Shown: piece by piece, positions 42,517 through 51,287 of the stretch
Layout: each line of letters starts with the position of its first letter
Position numbering within the stretch: the stretch's first letter is position 1
NCBI GenBank assembly: GCA_027347985.1
Contig: DAIEQH010000001.1
Location: 1 to 56,176, forward strand
Source: Candidatus Nomurabacteria bacterium
GTDB taxonomy: Bacteria; Patescibacteriota; Minisyncoccia; Phycocordibacterales; UBA9973
DNA: 56,176 nucleotides
Direction: 5' to 3'
Notes under the pieces: generated by a model
The model's input: the letters and a program-made list of their open reading frames with translations, nothing else
Databases searched by the model: none
What the model was told of the DNA's origin: nothing
Made by a program: the position numbers and the translations under genes

Positions 42517-42539
42517 GTGTTTAAATATTTATAAATTAA

Positions 42540-42920
42540 TTATGTTTTACTTTCTTTTCTCTTACCTGATGCCATTGTACGTCTGACATTACCTCTGACT
42601 GTCCTAGAATTTGTCTTTGTACGTTGACCTCTAACTGGCAATCTCTTCATGTGTCTGACACCTCTATATGTCTTGATATCTTTCAATCTTTTGATGTTTG
42701 CAGAAATTTCTCTTTTCAAATTTCCTTCAATTTTCATTCCTTCAATAATGGCACGAATTTTATTCTCTTCTGCTTCTGTTAAATCTTTTGCTTTTTTACC
42801 GACATCAATACTGACTTGTTTCAAAATCTTTCTAGCAGTTGAAACACCAATACCATAAAGGCAGGTCAATCCAATTTCGAGTCTTTTTTCGTCTGGTACT
42901 GTTATTCCTAGTATTCTCAT
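42540..42920 (-). CDS. rpsM: 30S ribosomal protein S13
   Basis: MRILGITVPDEKRLEIGLTCLYGIG. Confidence 0.95.
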   Translation of the reverse strand: MRILGITVPDEKRLEIGLTCLYGIGVSTARKILKQVSIDVGKKAKDLTEAEENKIRAIIEGMKIEGNLKREISANIKRLKDIKTYRGVRHMKRLPVRGQRTKTNSRTVRGNVRRTMASGKRKESKT

Positions 42921-42922
42921 AA

Positions 42923-43033
42923 TTATTGTTTTTGCTTATGCTTAGGATTAGAACAAATCACGCGCAAATGCCTTTGGCGCTTGACCATTTTACAATTGTC
43001 GCATATTTTTTTGACTGTTGATCTAATTCGCAT
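42923..43033 (-). CDS. rpmJ: 50S ribosomal protein L36
   Basis: Own translation (too short for the ORF track): [36 protein letters not shown]. Confidence 0.9.
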   Translation of the reverse strand: MRIRSTVKKICDNCKMVKRQRHLRVICSNPKHKQKQ

Positions 43034-43158
43034 AAAATAAAGTAAACTTTTTAAAACAAGACAAAAACAAGGGGAAAACCCTTATTTTTTAATGTCTAAA
43101 ACTTTTCATAAACTATATTTACTATGATACACCATTCTTAAAAAAATTACAAGTCTAA

Positions 43159-43404
43159 TTATAGCCTTTTGATTATTCTTCCTTTTCCTCCATAGGGATC
43201 CAAAACGACCTCTACCGAATCCCCAATTAAAACTTTAATTCTATGCATACGCATTTTACCTCCAAGATACGCTAAAATTTCTTTTCTTCCATCTATACTG
43301 CCTTCCCCTTTGTCTTCTATTTCAACTCTAAACAAGGTGGAGGGTAATGATTCAGTAATAACTCCCCTTGCCGTTAAAATTTTTTCGTTTTTTGAATCAC
43401 TCAT
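43159..43404 (-). CDS. infA: Translation initiation factor IF-1
   Basis: S1-like fold GVITESLPSTLFRVEIE..GKMRMHRIKVLIGDSVEV, with a roughly 9-aa insertion (DKGEGSIDGR) relative to E. coli IF-1. Confidence 0.88.
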   Translation of the reverse strand: MSDSKNEKILTARGVITESLPSTLFRVEIEDKGEGSIDGRKEILAYLGGKMRMHRIKVLIGDSVEVVLDPYGGKGRIIKRL

Positions 43405-43476
43405 TAAGATAAGTAATAATACTAAATTAATAACAATAGGTCAATATAATATGTTAATATCCTTATGTGTAAAATT

Positions 43477-43509
43477 AAAAGACTTCGTGATTATTTTACG
43501 AAGTCTTTT
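43477..43509 (-). terminator. Rho-independent terminator after the 87-aa ORF
   Basis: 12-bp stem aaaagacttcgt / acgaagtctttt with loop gattatttt. A T-run follows in minus sense. Confidence 0.6.
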
Positions 43510-43521
43510 ACTATTTTATGG

Positions 43522-43785
43522 TCAATTTAATGCTTCTATAAATTTTCCTAATTCTTGAAACGTGGCAGCAGTGCGACATGCTTTTGGTGTTTGTTCAACT
43601 AATTCAATAGCACGTTCTTGAGAAACACCTTCCTCTAGCACTCGCTGTTTTTCCTTAATTTCTTGAGACCATTCAGCAAAATCTTTTTGAAAATCCTCCT
43701 TAGTCGGCCAGGATATCCTAGTAACAACACCCTCATAACCACCCGCTTTTGCGGTATAAACAAATACTACATTGTACATAGACAC
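43522..43785 (-). CDS. Hypothetical protein (87 aa)
   Basis: ORF only, followed by a terminator hairpin. Confidence 0.45.
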   Translation of the reverse strand: MSMYNVVFVYTAKAGGYEGVVTRISWPTKEDFQKDFAEWSQEIKEKQRVLEEGVSQERAIELVEQTPKACRTAATFQELGKFIEALN

Positions 43786-43883
43786 CTCTCTCTCTTATTT
43801 AATTTAATTAATTAAATTGTTGGTTGTGCAAATTTTTACTTAGAATACTCTCTCTCTTTACATGTCAAGCTTTATGTGTTTGT

Positions 43884-44592
43884 ACACAAATACATAGGAA
43901 TTTCCTATGTATTTGTGTTATACTAAAGTATATGGCTCTAAGAAAACAAGATTTTGAAATAGATGAGTATTATCATTTATACAATCGTGGCACAGAAAAA
44001 AGAATAATTTTTTTAGATGAACAAGATTATAAACATTTTCTGTTTTTAATGTATATTTGTAATACACAAAAAAGTATTGTTTTAAGAGAAATTGATGAAC
44101 TTTTTGATCGAGGAGAAGCTATCATTGAAATAGGAGCATACTGTTTAATGCCAAATCACTTTCATATTCTCGTGCGTGAAAAAATAGAAAATGGTATTTC
44201 AACATATATGCGTAAATTATTAACTGCTTATTCAATGTACTTCAATAAAAAATACAAGAGATCTGGTAAATTATATGAGGGTGTATTCAAGTCAATTCAC
44301 ATAGATAAAGATAATTACTTAAAATATATTTACTCATATATACATTTAAATCCTGCAAAACTAATAGATAAAAATTGGAAAGAAAAGAAGAAAAAAAATG
44401 TTAATAAACTGTTTAATTATGTTTTTTCTTATCTGTATTCTAGTTTAAGAGAGTATAAAGATAAAAAATATAAAATTATAAATCCATCAAAATTCCCTAA
44501 TTATTTTGAGAACCCCAGTGATCATAAAAATAAATTATTAGAATGGCTTAGTTTTAACAACTTAGAGAATACATAGGAAACTCCTGTGTATT
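43884..44592 (+). mobile_element. IS200/RAYT-like single-gene element bracketed by aatacatagga..tcctatgtatt hairpins
   Basis: A perfect 17+1+17 palindrome is at 43884-43918, upstream of the gene. A related hairpin at 44568-44592 overlaps the stop codon. The 709-bp span is IS200-sized. Confidence 0.6.
43932..44576 (+). CDS. IS200-like / REP-associated tyrosine (Y1, HUH) transposase family protein
   Basis: YHLYNRGTEKRIIF, CLMPNHFHILV and YSYIHLNPAK. It is a paralog of 3885-4565. The start was set at MALRKQ (43932) rather than the track start at 43824. Confidence 0.75.
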   Translation: MALRKQDFEIDEYYHLYNRGTEKRIIFLDEQDYKHFLFLMYICNTQKSIVLREIDELFDRGEAIIEIGAYCLMPNHFHILVREKIENGISTYMRKLLTAYSMYFNKKYKRSGKLYEGVFKSIHIDKDNYLKYIYSYIHLNPAKLIDKNWKEKKKKNVNKLFNYVFSYLYSSLREYKDKKYKIINPSKFPNYFENPSDHKNKLLEWLSFNNLENT

Positions 44593-44612
44593 GGCTTTTT
44601 CCCGCCAAAATT

Positions 44613-45929
44613 TTATTTTGGATAATTTACAATAACATCTATAGTTTTACTTACATCCGGGAAAGTCGTTTTCCAAAAAGGACGGATAACTAAAACAGCA
44701 GTGTCTATGCTAGGATACCCCGTCAAAATCTGATTGAAATCACTTTTTTTCTTCCCTAGCAAATCAGCAACAAATTTCTCTTCATCTATTTTCCAAATAA
44801 TTTTTGGAGTACCTGTGAGGTTGAAATTAATATCTTTTACATCAGCAAAAGAAACATTTTCTTTATCCGCCAAAGAAAAGGTCAAATCACGAATATTTGG
44901 AATATAGACATCACTATCATCATATTTATCAATGATATCTTGCGCAATCTTTTTTGTTAATTTTTGTTCGTTGAGAAGAAAACCATAAAGGGTGCCCTTA
45001 ATATCAACTGTCACCATATTGTTATCGCTCGGAACAAAACTGACATCCTTATCGTCAATATTTAAGAAAATTGCATCTTTATATAAAATAAATCCATCTG
45101 GAATTTGATCTGTCACCTTTTTTAAGAGTTTAGCTTGTAAAGTAGCTTTTAGTTCACTTACCGTGCCTGCTTTATCAAGAGAAGAAACAACCGGCATTTT
45201 CCCTTTTAACCCTCCAGTGATTTCCCCTTTTGAACGAGCAAAGATTTTGGAATATTTTGAAGTGTTTTTCAAGCTTACAATTTTAAAATCTAAAGGTGCA
45301 CTATTGTATTCTGCTCCGGCTTCTGCCGCATAGATACCGACTTCAACATTTCCTGGTTTACCAGCTTTCGTCATTCCTGGAACAGTCACTTTTTTGCTAG
45401 TTTTATAAATTTTTCCATTGGAGCCTTCAAGTTTTGTGTCAGAAGCAAATACTTGAGGAGAAGTGCTAAAAGAATTGTAAATCAAAACTGTACCAGTCGC
45501 TTTCAAAGTGATATCCTTCATCTCTCCACCTTGTATCGTTTTATTTTCTTCTCCAGAAATAACTACTAAGTCAAAAGAAAGACCAGACGTACCGTCTTTT
45601 GAAGCAGACAAATTGTCGTTTAAGGGGATATCTTTTACTTTCGGAGTTAATGTAATTTTAGCCCCAGAAAATAAATATGAGAGGGCAAAAAGAAGAAAAA
45701 TAATTGAAATTAGAGCAACTAGATAAATCCTGTATTTTGGTTTTCTGTTGGTTGATTTAGAAATTCTTCCTCCTCCTATGTTGGCATAGCTTTCAGTATT
45801 GCGAACATATTTCCCCACATCTGCATTGGCTGTATTGCGGGCAGGTCTTATGCTTTCAACTTTTTTCTCTACAATTTTTTCTCTTGTAGGAACCTTTTTT
45901 ACCATGTCTTGTAATAGATTTCTTGCCAT
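44613..45929 (-). CDS. Membrane-anchored hypothetical protein (single TM after a ~65-aa cytoplasmic head, large extracytoplasmic domain)
   Basis: TM segment IYLVALISIIFLLFALSYLF. There is a 9-nt gap to the upstream PilM/FtsA-like gene. Confidence 0.5.
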   Translation of the reverse strand: MARNLLQDMVKKVPTREKIVEKKVESIRPARNTANADVGKYVRNTESYANIGGGRISKSTNRKPKYRIYLVALISIIFLLFALSYLFSGAKITLTPKVKDIPLNDNLSASKDGTSGLSFDLVVISGEENKTIQGGEMKDITLKATGTVLIYNSFSTSPQVFASDTKLEGSNGKIYKTSKKVTVPGMTKAGKPGNVEVGIYAAEAGAEYNSAPLDFKIVSLKNTSKYSKIFARSKGEITGGLKGKMPVVSSLDKAGTVSELKATLQAKLLKKVTDQIPDGFILYKDAIFLNIDDKDVSFVPSDNNMVTVDIKGTLYGFLLNEQKLTKKIAQDIIDKYDDSDVYIPNIRDLTFSLADKENVSFADVKDINFNLTGTPKIIWKIDEEKFVADLLGKKKSDFNQILTGYPSIDTAVLVIRPFWKTTFPDVSKTIDVIVNYPK

Positions 45930-45938
45930 AGTTATATT

Positions 45939-47114
45939 CTACCAGATAAAACGATTAATATAAATGGATTCAATTATTAAAAATGGATCACGAGCAACTT
46001 CATCTTGAAAAGCTGCAGTGCCATGAAGGTTTTCTTTATTCAAAAAGATAATTTTAAATTCCGATTCAGTGAAAGTATATTGGCTAAATTGTTCAGTTCT
46101 GATAATTTCTCCAAAGAAATCTGCTAATTCCTGATCTACTGTTATAAAAATAGTTGAAGGGACAGAAATATTATCAGAAAGCTTAACCAAAGATTCTTGG
46201 AATCCCTTGAGCCATTCCGCTTTTAATTTACTTATAATAGGTTCCAGTTTTTCTTCAACAGACTTTTCTGCATGTCCATCTTTGTAAAGAGAAATAAATG
46301 ATTTCGCTTCACTTAAAGAGCAGCCTAAAGTTTCTGCTACTTTGCGTATCATAAAATTGCGCCCTAAGGGAAAAGAAATGGAGCTACTCAATATGTCTTT
46401 TCTTATCATGGATATATCCGTCACTTCCCCAGCGATATCAACTAAAAGAAAATTATCCTGCTTTACAAACATGTCTCGAGCTACAGCAAAAGATGCCATT
46501 GCAAAAGAAGAAAACTTTATTTCTTTTAAATGAAAATGTCTGAATACTGTTTCTTCTATCTTCTTCAAAATTTGATCTCCACTCATTGAGATAAAGACAA
46601 CCATTTCGAGCATTTTGGCTTTTTTATTGATAGGGTCAGCTACCATATAACCATTCAAGGAGGTTTTCATATTCCTAAGCTCGATTGACCTTACTTTACT
46701 ATTAACATCCAAAGATTTAACACCATGTTCTTCTTCAAAAAGAACTATCTCTTTCTCTATCAAATCATCTGCGAGTTTAGTGGTAAAAATAAAAGGCGCA
46801 TTTTTTTCAAGTTTTATTATTCTAGTTGCTGAGGCATAAAAAGGAGAAGAAAGTACGCAAAAAACTTTCGCTGGTTTGCCAATATTTGCTGAATATATTT
46901 TACTTGCTACAGCATCTAATGCTTTTAAAGTTAGAGACAAAAACTTTTCCGTATCTAATTTTTCTTCAAAAATTATAGGCTCACGAAAAACCCCAATTAT
47001 TCTAGGAATTCCTCCTTTTTTGATTTCAAAAAGAGCTCCTCCTACAGAAGAAGATCCAATATCAAAAACTAACGCCAACTCTCCACTACCTTTTTGTCTA
47101 GAAAAGATTCCCAT
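45939..47114 (-). CDS. Actin-fold ATPase of the PilM/FtsA type
   Basis: Phosphate-1-like LVFDIGSSSVGGALF and phosphate-2-like LLVDIAGEVTDISMI. Confidence 0.6.
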   Translation of the reverse strand: MGIFSRQKGSGELALVFDIGSSSVGGALFEIKKGGIPRIIGVFREPIIFEEKLDTEKFLSLTLKALDAVASKIYSANIGKPAKVFCVLSSPFYASATRIIKLEKNAPFIFTTKLADDLIEKEIVLFEEEHGVKSLDVNSKVRSIELRNMKTSLNGYMVADPINKKAKMLEMVVFISMSGDQILKKIEETVFRHFHLKEIKFSSFAMASFAVARDMFVKQDNFLLVDIAGEVTDISMIRKDILSSSISFPLGRNFMIRKVAETLGCSLSEAKSFISLYKDGHAEKSVEEKLEPIISKLKAEWLKGFQESLVKLSDNISVPSTIFITVDQELADFFGEIIRTEQFSQYTFTESEFKIIFLNKENLHGTAAFQDEVARDPFLIIESIYINRFIW

Positions 47115-47140
47115 ATATGACTAAGTATATCATAAATAAA

Positions 47141-48883
47141 CTATTCCAGTATAGCTTTTATGCGTCTAATGCCTGCTGAAACAGCTTCTTCTTTCAGTAT
47201 TTTAAAGTGCCCTAGTTCTCCAGTATTTTTCACATGTGGCCCTCCACAGAATTCTTTTGAAATCGGGTTGCCATTTTTGTCTTCTATAAAATAGACAGAG
47301 ACTATCTCAGGATATTTTGCTCCGAATTCCATTTCTGCACCTATTTTTTCTGCCTCTGCAAGAGGCATTTCCCGACGAACGACACCTAGCTTCTCTTTTA
47401 TTTTTTCATTCACAAAATCTTCTACTTTCCTTTTTTCTTCGTCTGTCAATTTATGATCACAAATAAAATCCATGCGTAAACGCTCTTCTGTAATGTTACT
47501 TCCCTTCTGTTTTATCTTTTTATCAACAATATTTTGTAGTCCAGCCAAAAGTAAATGATGAGCTGTATGAAGCCTAATCGTTTTTTCATTATGATTTGCG
47601 AGCCCTCCCTTAAACATCCCAGCCGAAGCAGTCTGTGAAAGCTTCTGATGCTCTGCCATTTTCTTATTGAAATCTTCTAAATCTATATTTTTTCCTTTCT
47701 CTTTTGCGAGTTCGAGGGTAAGTTCAACTGGAAAGCCATAAGTGGTAGCTAAAATAAATGGATTAATCCCTTTTTCAAATTCTTTCAGACCATCAGTGAG
47801 TGTTTGACTGAATTTGTGTTCTTCCCAACGAATAGTTTCCTGTATTTTAAGAAATGAAACTTCGGGATATTCTTTTTTATAAAAATCAGAATAGTATGCT
47901 GCTATCTTTTCCGAAAGCATATCTTTTGGCAATTGTAATTTTTTTCCTTTCATTACTGCACGACGAATTAACCTTCTTAAAACATACCCTTGGTCTTTAT
48001 TGGAAGGCAAAACGCCATCAGAAATTAAAAAAACTGCACTTCTGATATGATCTGCGATAATTCTTGCGTGTCTTTCGTCATAATTTTTTGAACTATTCTT
48101 AATCATTTCCATTACCGGTAAAAATATATCAGTATCATAAATACTTTGCTTACCTTGGACAACTGTCGTTATTCTTTCTAGCCCTGCACCAGTATCAACA
48201 TTTTTTTCTGGAAGTTCTCCAACAACTTTTCCATCTTCTTGTCTAAAAACCATAAAAACATCATTCCAAATTTCTACAACTTTCTGTTCTTCTTCTGCTT
48301 TTTCAAACTGTTCCTGATTTATATCACCAAGCGTTCCAGTCAAATCATAAAACATCTCTGTTGAAGGTCCAGCGGGAGAATTTAATCCAGCACTCCACCA
48401 ATTAGACTTAGAACTTTTAAAATAAATACGATGTTCTGGTATACCTAAAGATTTCCAAATTTCTACTGATTCTGTATCACGTGGGATATTGTCACTTCCA
48501 CCGAAAACAGTTATATAAAGACGATTTATATCAAGGCCAAGACCTTCTTTTTTGTCAGTTAAAAATGCATAACTCCATTTTATTGCATCTTCTTTAAAAT
48601 AATCTCCTAGAGACCAATTACCCATCATTTCAAAAAAAGTTAAATGCGTATTGTCTCCAACATCGTCTAGGTCAATCGTACGAATACATTTCTGAACATT
48701 CACAAGTCTTTTACCACTCGGATGTTTCTCTCCCAAAAGATATGGCATAAGAGGTTGCATACCAGCAATATTAAAAAGCACCGAAGGGTCATTTTCAGGA
48801 ACCAATGAAGAAGAAGGGATTATTTTGTGTCCGCGAGCTTCAAAAAACTTTAAAAATCTTGATCTAATTTCATTTGACTCCAT
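47141..48883 (-). CDS. alaS: Alanine--tRNA ligase, short form (580 aa)
   Basis: IRSRFLKFFEARGHKIIPSSSLVP, FNIAGMQP, and the editing-domain motifs HTAHHLL and CGGPHV. The length leaves no room for a C-Ala domain. Confidence 0.9.
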   Translation of the reverse strand: MESNEIRSRFLKFFEARGHKIIPSSSLVPENDPSVLFNIAGMQPLMPYLLGEKHPSGKRLVNVQKCIRTIDLDDVGDNTHLTFFEMMGNWSLGDYFKEDAIKWSYAFLTDKKEGLGLDINRLYITVFGGSDNIPRDTESVEIWKSLGIPEHRIYFKSSKSNWWSAGLNSPAGPSTEMFYDLTGTLGDINQEQFEKAEEEQKVVEIWNDVFMVFRQEDGKVVGELPEKNVDTGAGLERITTVVQGKQSIYDTDIFLPVMEMIKNSSKNYDERHARIIADHIRSAVFLISDGVLPSNKDQGYVLRRLIRRAVMKGKKLQLPKDMLSEKIAAYYSDFYKKEYPEVSFLKIQETIRWEEHKFSQTLTDGLKEFEKGINPFILATTYGFPVELTLELAKEKGKNIDLEDFNKKMAEHQKLSQTASAGMFKGGLANHNEKTIRLHTAHHLLLAGLQNIVDKKIKQKGSNITEERLRMDFICDHKLTDEEKRKVEDFVNEKIKEKLGVVRREMPLAEAEKIGAEMEFGAKYPEIVSVYFIEDKNGNPISKEFCGGPHVKNTGELGHFKILKEEAVSAGIRRIKAILE

Positions 48884-48970
48884 CCCGTTAGAAATTTATG
48901 CTTAATTATTAATATTTAACTATCATATCCCATTTTCAATATTTACGTTATTTCTAACGGGACTCCATAA

Positions 48971-49447
48971 TTATTTTATTTCTTCCTTCTCTAAATTACC
49001 ATCAGAAATTTTTCTTATCGGTTTTTCTACTATACTCATTACAATAAAAATCATAAGAACTAAAACTGTAGCTATAATTGCTAAACTAAAAAGTCCAAAA
49101 CCGACTGCCATGCCTATACCTGCGGTGACCCAAAGTCCACCGGCTGTGGTAAGACCCATAAGCCGAGAATCTCGGAACATTATCATTCCAGCGCCAAGAA
49201 AACCGATACCGACGACTATATTTGAAGCAATTATTCCCGGATTAAAACCATTTACTCCTGCATATTTTATCGACAAAAATTCAGAAATTATTATGAAAAG
49301 AGTTGCTCCCATAGCAACAAGAGCATGGGTCTTCATACCTGCTTCTTTGTGCACTAGAAGGCGCTCTGCTCCAATAAACATACCCAATAAAACTGCTACT
49401 ACTAATTTTAAAATCACCTCACCATTTTGTGTAAAAAATTGTTCCAT
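48971..49447 (-). CDS. MgtC/SapB-family membrane protein
   Basis: LGMFIGAERLLVHKEAGMKTHALVAMGATLF. The start was set at MEQFF (49447) to avoid overlap with mnmA. Confidence 0.75.
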   Translation of the reverse strand: MEQFFTQNGEVILKLVVAVLLGMFIGAERLLVHKEAGMKTHALVAMGATLFIIISEFLSIKYAGVNGFNPGIIASNIVVGIGFLGAGMIMFRDSRLMGLTTAGGLWVTAGIGMAVGFGLFSLAIIATVLVLMIFIVMSIVEKPIRKISDGNLEKEEIK

Positions 49448-49496
49448 ACAATAATTATATCCCGAAGTAGAGTTTTTAGCAAAACTCACTACGGAA

Positions 49497-50654
49497 CTAC
49501 GAAACAACACCTCCGCCTAAACAAATATCTTTATCATAAACAACACAGGACTGGCCAGAAGCAACTAAAATAGGCTTTTGGAAGATTATTTCGGCTTTTG
49601 TTTTATTAATTACTTTTATTCTACAAGGTAAAAATTCACCATGATAACGAATTTGGGCTGTGTAGTTTTTACCAGCTTTTGGAATCTCGGAAATCCAATT
49701 TGTATTCTCTAATGAAAGGCAAAAATTTTTGAATTCTTTAAAACCCAGCTTTTGAAGATTTTTGTCTTGAGATACATATAAAATATTTTTCTTTACATCT
49801 TTTGCAACTATATAATACGCTCCGTCATTAGGACTTTTTTTGGTAATTGTAAAACCATGTCTCTCCCCTAACGTATGAAAAACAGCTCCGTCATGAAAAC
49901 CTATTTCCTCTCCTTTTTCATTCAAAACTTTTCCTTTTTTTTCTTTAATATAATGCTTCAAAAAATCTTTTAAATCTACAGCACCTAAGAAACAAATTCC
50001 TTGGCTATCCTTTTTTTCTGCGACAGGTAATTTGAATTTTTTAGCAAGTTTGCGAACTTCCGTTTTTTTCAAATGACCTATTGGAAACAAAATTTTACTT
50101 AATTGCTCTTGCTTCAAAGTCCAAAGAAAATAACTTTGGTCTTTTGAAGGGTCAATGCTTTTGAGTAAACAAAAATTTTTAAAAACTGATGAATCCCCAA
50201 AACCGGGCTTTAAAAATTCCCCAAAGCCCAGTTTTTTAGATTCACCTAAGCCCAGTTTTTGAAAATTTTTATTCTGTGCATAATGTCCTGTCGCCACATA
50301 GTCTGCACCCATGGCAATTGCTTTTTTAAGAAAAGCACCAAATTTCACTTCTTTATTGCACATAACATCAGGATTTGGAGTTCTCCCTATTTTGTATTCA
50401 GCAATCATATAATCTGCCACTTCTTTTTTATAAACATCCGCTAAGTCAAAAGTGAGGAATGGAATGTCTAAATGAGCTGCAACACGCATAGCGTCTAGTC
50501 GCTCTTCTTCTTCATTGCATTCTAAGAAATCCGGATGCCAAGTACGTATAAAAACCCCAACGACTTCGTAGCCAGTCTTTTTGAGCAATGCTGCACTGAC
50601 AGCGCTATCTACTCCCCCTGATATTCCAACAAAAACTGTTTCCTTTTTAATCAT
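49497..50654 (-). CDS. mnmA: tRNA 2-thiouridine(34) synthase MnmA, carrying in-frame repeat insertions
   Basis: PP-loop VGISGGVDSAVSA, ATGHYA, and KDQSYFLW. Confidence 0.9.
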   Translation of the reverse strand: MIKKETVFVGISGGVDSAVSAALLKKTGYEVVGVFIRTWHPDFLECNEEEERLDAMRVAAHLDIPFLTFDLADVYKKEVADYMIAEYKIGRTPNPDVMCNKEVKFGAFLKKAIAMGADYVATGHYAQNKNFQKLGLGESKKLGFGEFLKPGFGDSSVFKNFCLLKSIDPSKDQSYFLWTLKQEQLSKILFPIGHLKKTEVRKLAKKFKLPVAEKKDSQGICFLGAVDLKDFLKHYIKEKKGKVLNEKGEEIGFHDGAVFHTLGERHGFTITKKSPNDGAYYIVAKDVKKNILYVSQDKNLQKLGFKEFKNFCLSLENTNWISEIPKAGKNYTAQIRYHGEFLPCRIKVINKTKAEIIFQKPILVASGQSCVVYDKDICLGGGVVS

Positions 50655-50667
50655 AAAATTAGAATTA

Positions 50668-50740
50668 GCTTATAAAGCACGTACGGAGCGCGACGGCGCG
50701 AGTCTTCAGAAATTTTTCACCAGAAAAATATTCGGGTGCT
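50668..50740. repeat. Diverged relative of the MITE-like element (copy C)
   Basis: ggagcgc-gac-ggcgcga followed by cttcag and the A/T hairpin gaaattttt-cacc-agaaaaat. The order of parts matches copy A. Confidence 0.5.
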
Positions 50741-50759
50741 TTAGAAGGTAATTCTGATT

Positions 50760-51287
50760 TTATAGTTTCATCAGCTTTTTGTAAAGCTCGTAGGTTGCGT
50801 AGGCGTCTGACAGCGCACTATGAGGATGTTCATTTTTTATATCAAAAAGCTTACACATTTCGCGCAAAGAAAAATGTTCAAAACTCCTTGTCTTATTAAA
50901 TTTCGCCCAAGCTATGGAGATGGTATCTAACTTGTGATAATGCATAGCGTTTTTGATTTTTAATTTCGCAAAGTTGTATTCCAAAAAGAGAGAATCGAAA
51001 GAAACATTTTGCCCCACCATGATGCAATCTTTTACTTTCTCAGAAAGAATTTTCATTGCTTCTTCTAGAGAAGAAGCTTCTTTCCAATCTTCTTTATTGT
51101 AATGAGTGATTTTGAGGGAAATAGGCTCGGCATTTTTTATCTTTTTTGGTTTTATTTTTAATTCAAATTTTTCAATTACTTTCAATTTCGGTGTCGTGAT
51201 AACAGCCCCAATCTGAATAATCTCATGCTTTAATACATTGAGTCCTGTCGTTTCTATATCGATAAAAGCTAAATTATGTTTTCTCAT
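50760..51287 (-). CDS. DEDDh 3'-5' exonuclease (DnaQ/epsilon-like)
   Basis: AFIDIETTGLN (ExoI), VGQNVSFD (ExoII) and HSALSDAYAT (ExoIII). Confidence 0.8.
   Translation of the reverse strand: MRKHNLAFIDIETTGLNVLKHEIIQIGAVITTPKLKVIEKFELKIKPKKIKNAEPISLKITHYNKEDWKEASSLEEAMKILSEKVKDCIMVGQNVSFDSLFLEYNFAKLKIKNAMHYHKLDTISIAWAKFNKTRSFEHFSLREMCKLFDIKNEHPHSALSDAYATYELYKKLMKL

Noticed and set aside
43034-43158. The hairpin aaggg-gaaaa-ccctt (about 43071-43085) between infA and rpmJ as an operon-internal terminator.
   Set aside because: The stem is only 5 bp and weak. It may be an attenuator, but the evidence is too thin to call as a feature.
43824-43931. The 36-codon N-terminal extension of the second transposase ORF (MCKFLLRILSLFTCQALCVCTQIHRNFLCICVILKY).
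   Set aside because: It is a translation through the 35-nt palindrome and promoter-like A/T sequence. The paralog alignment begins at MALRKQDFEIDEYYHLYNRG (43932).
48884-48970. A T-box riboswitch upstream of alaS.
   Set aside because: The leader is only 87 nt, far shorter than T-box leaders. I saw no T-box consensus or specifier-loop architecture, only a simple long-range inverted repeat.
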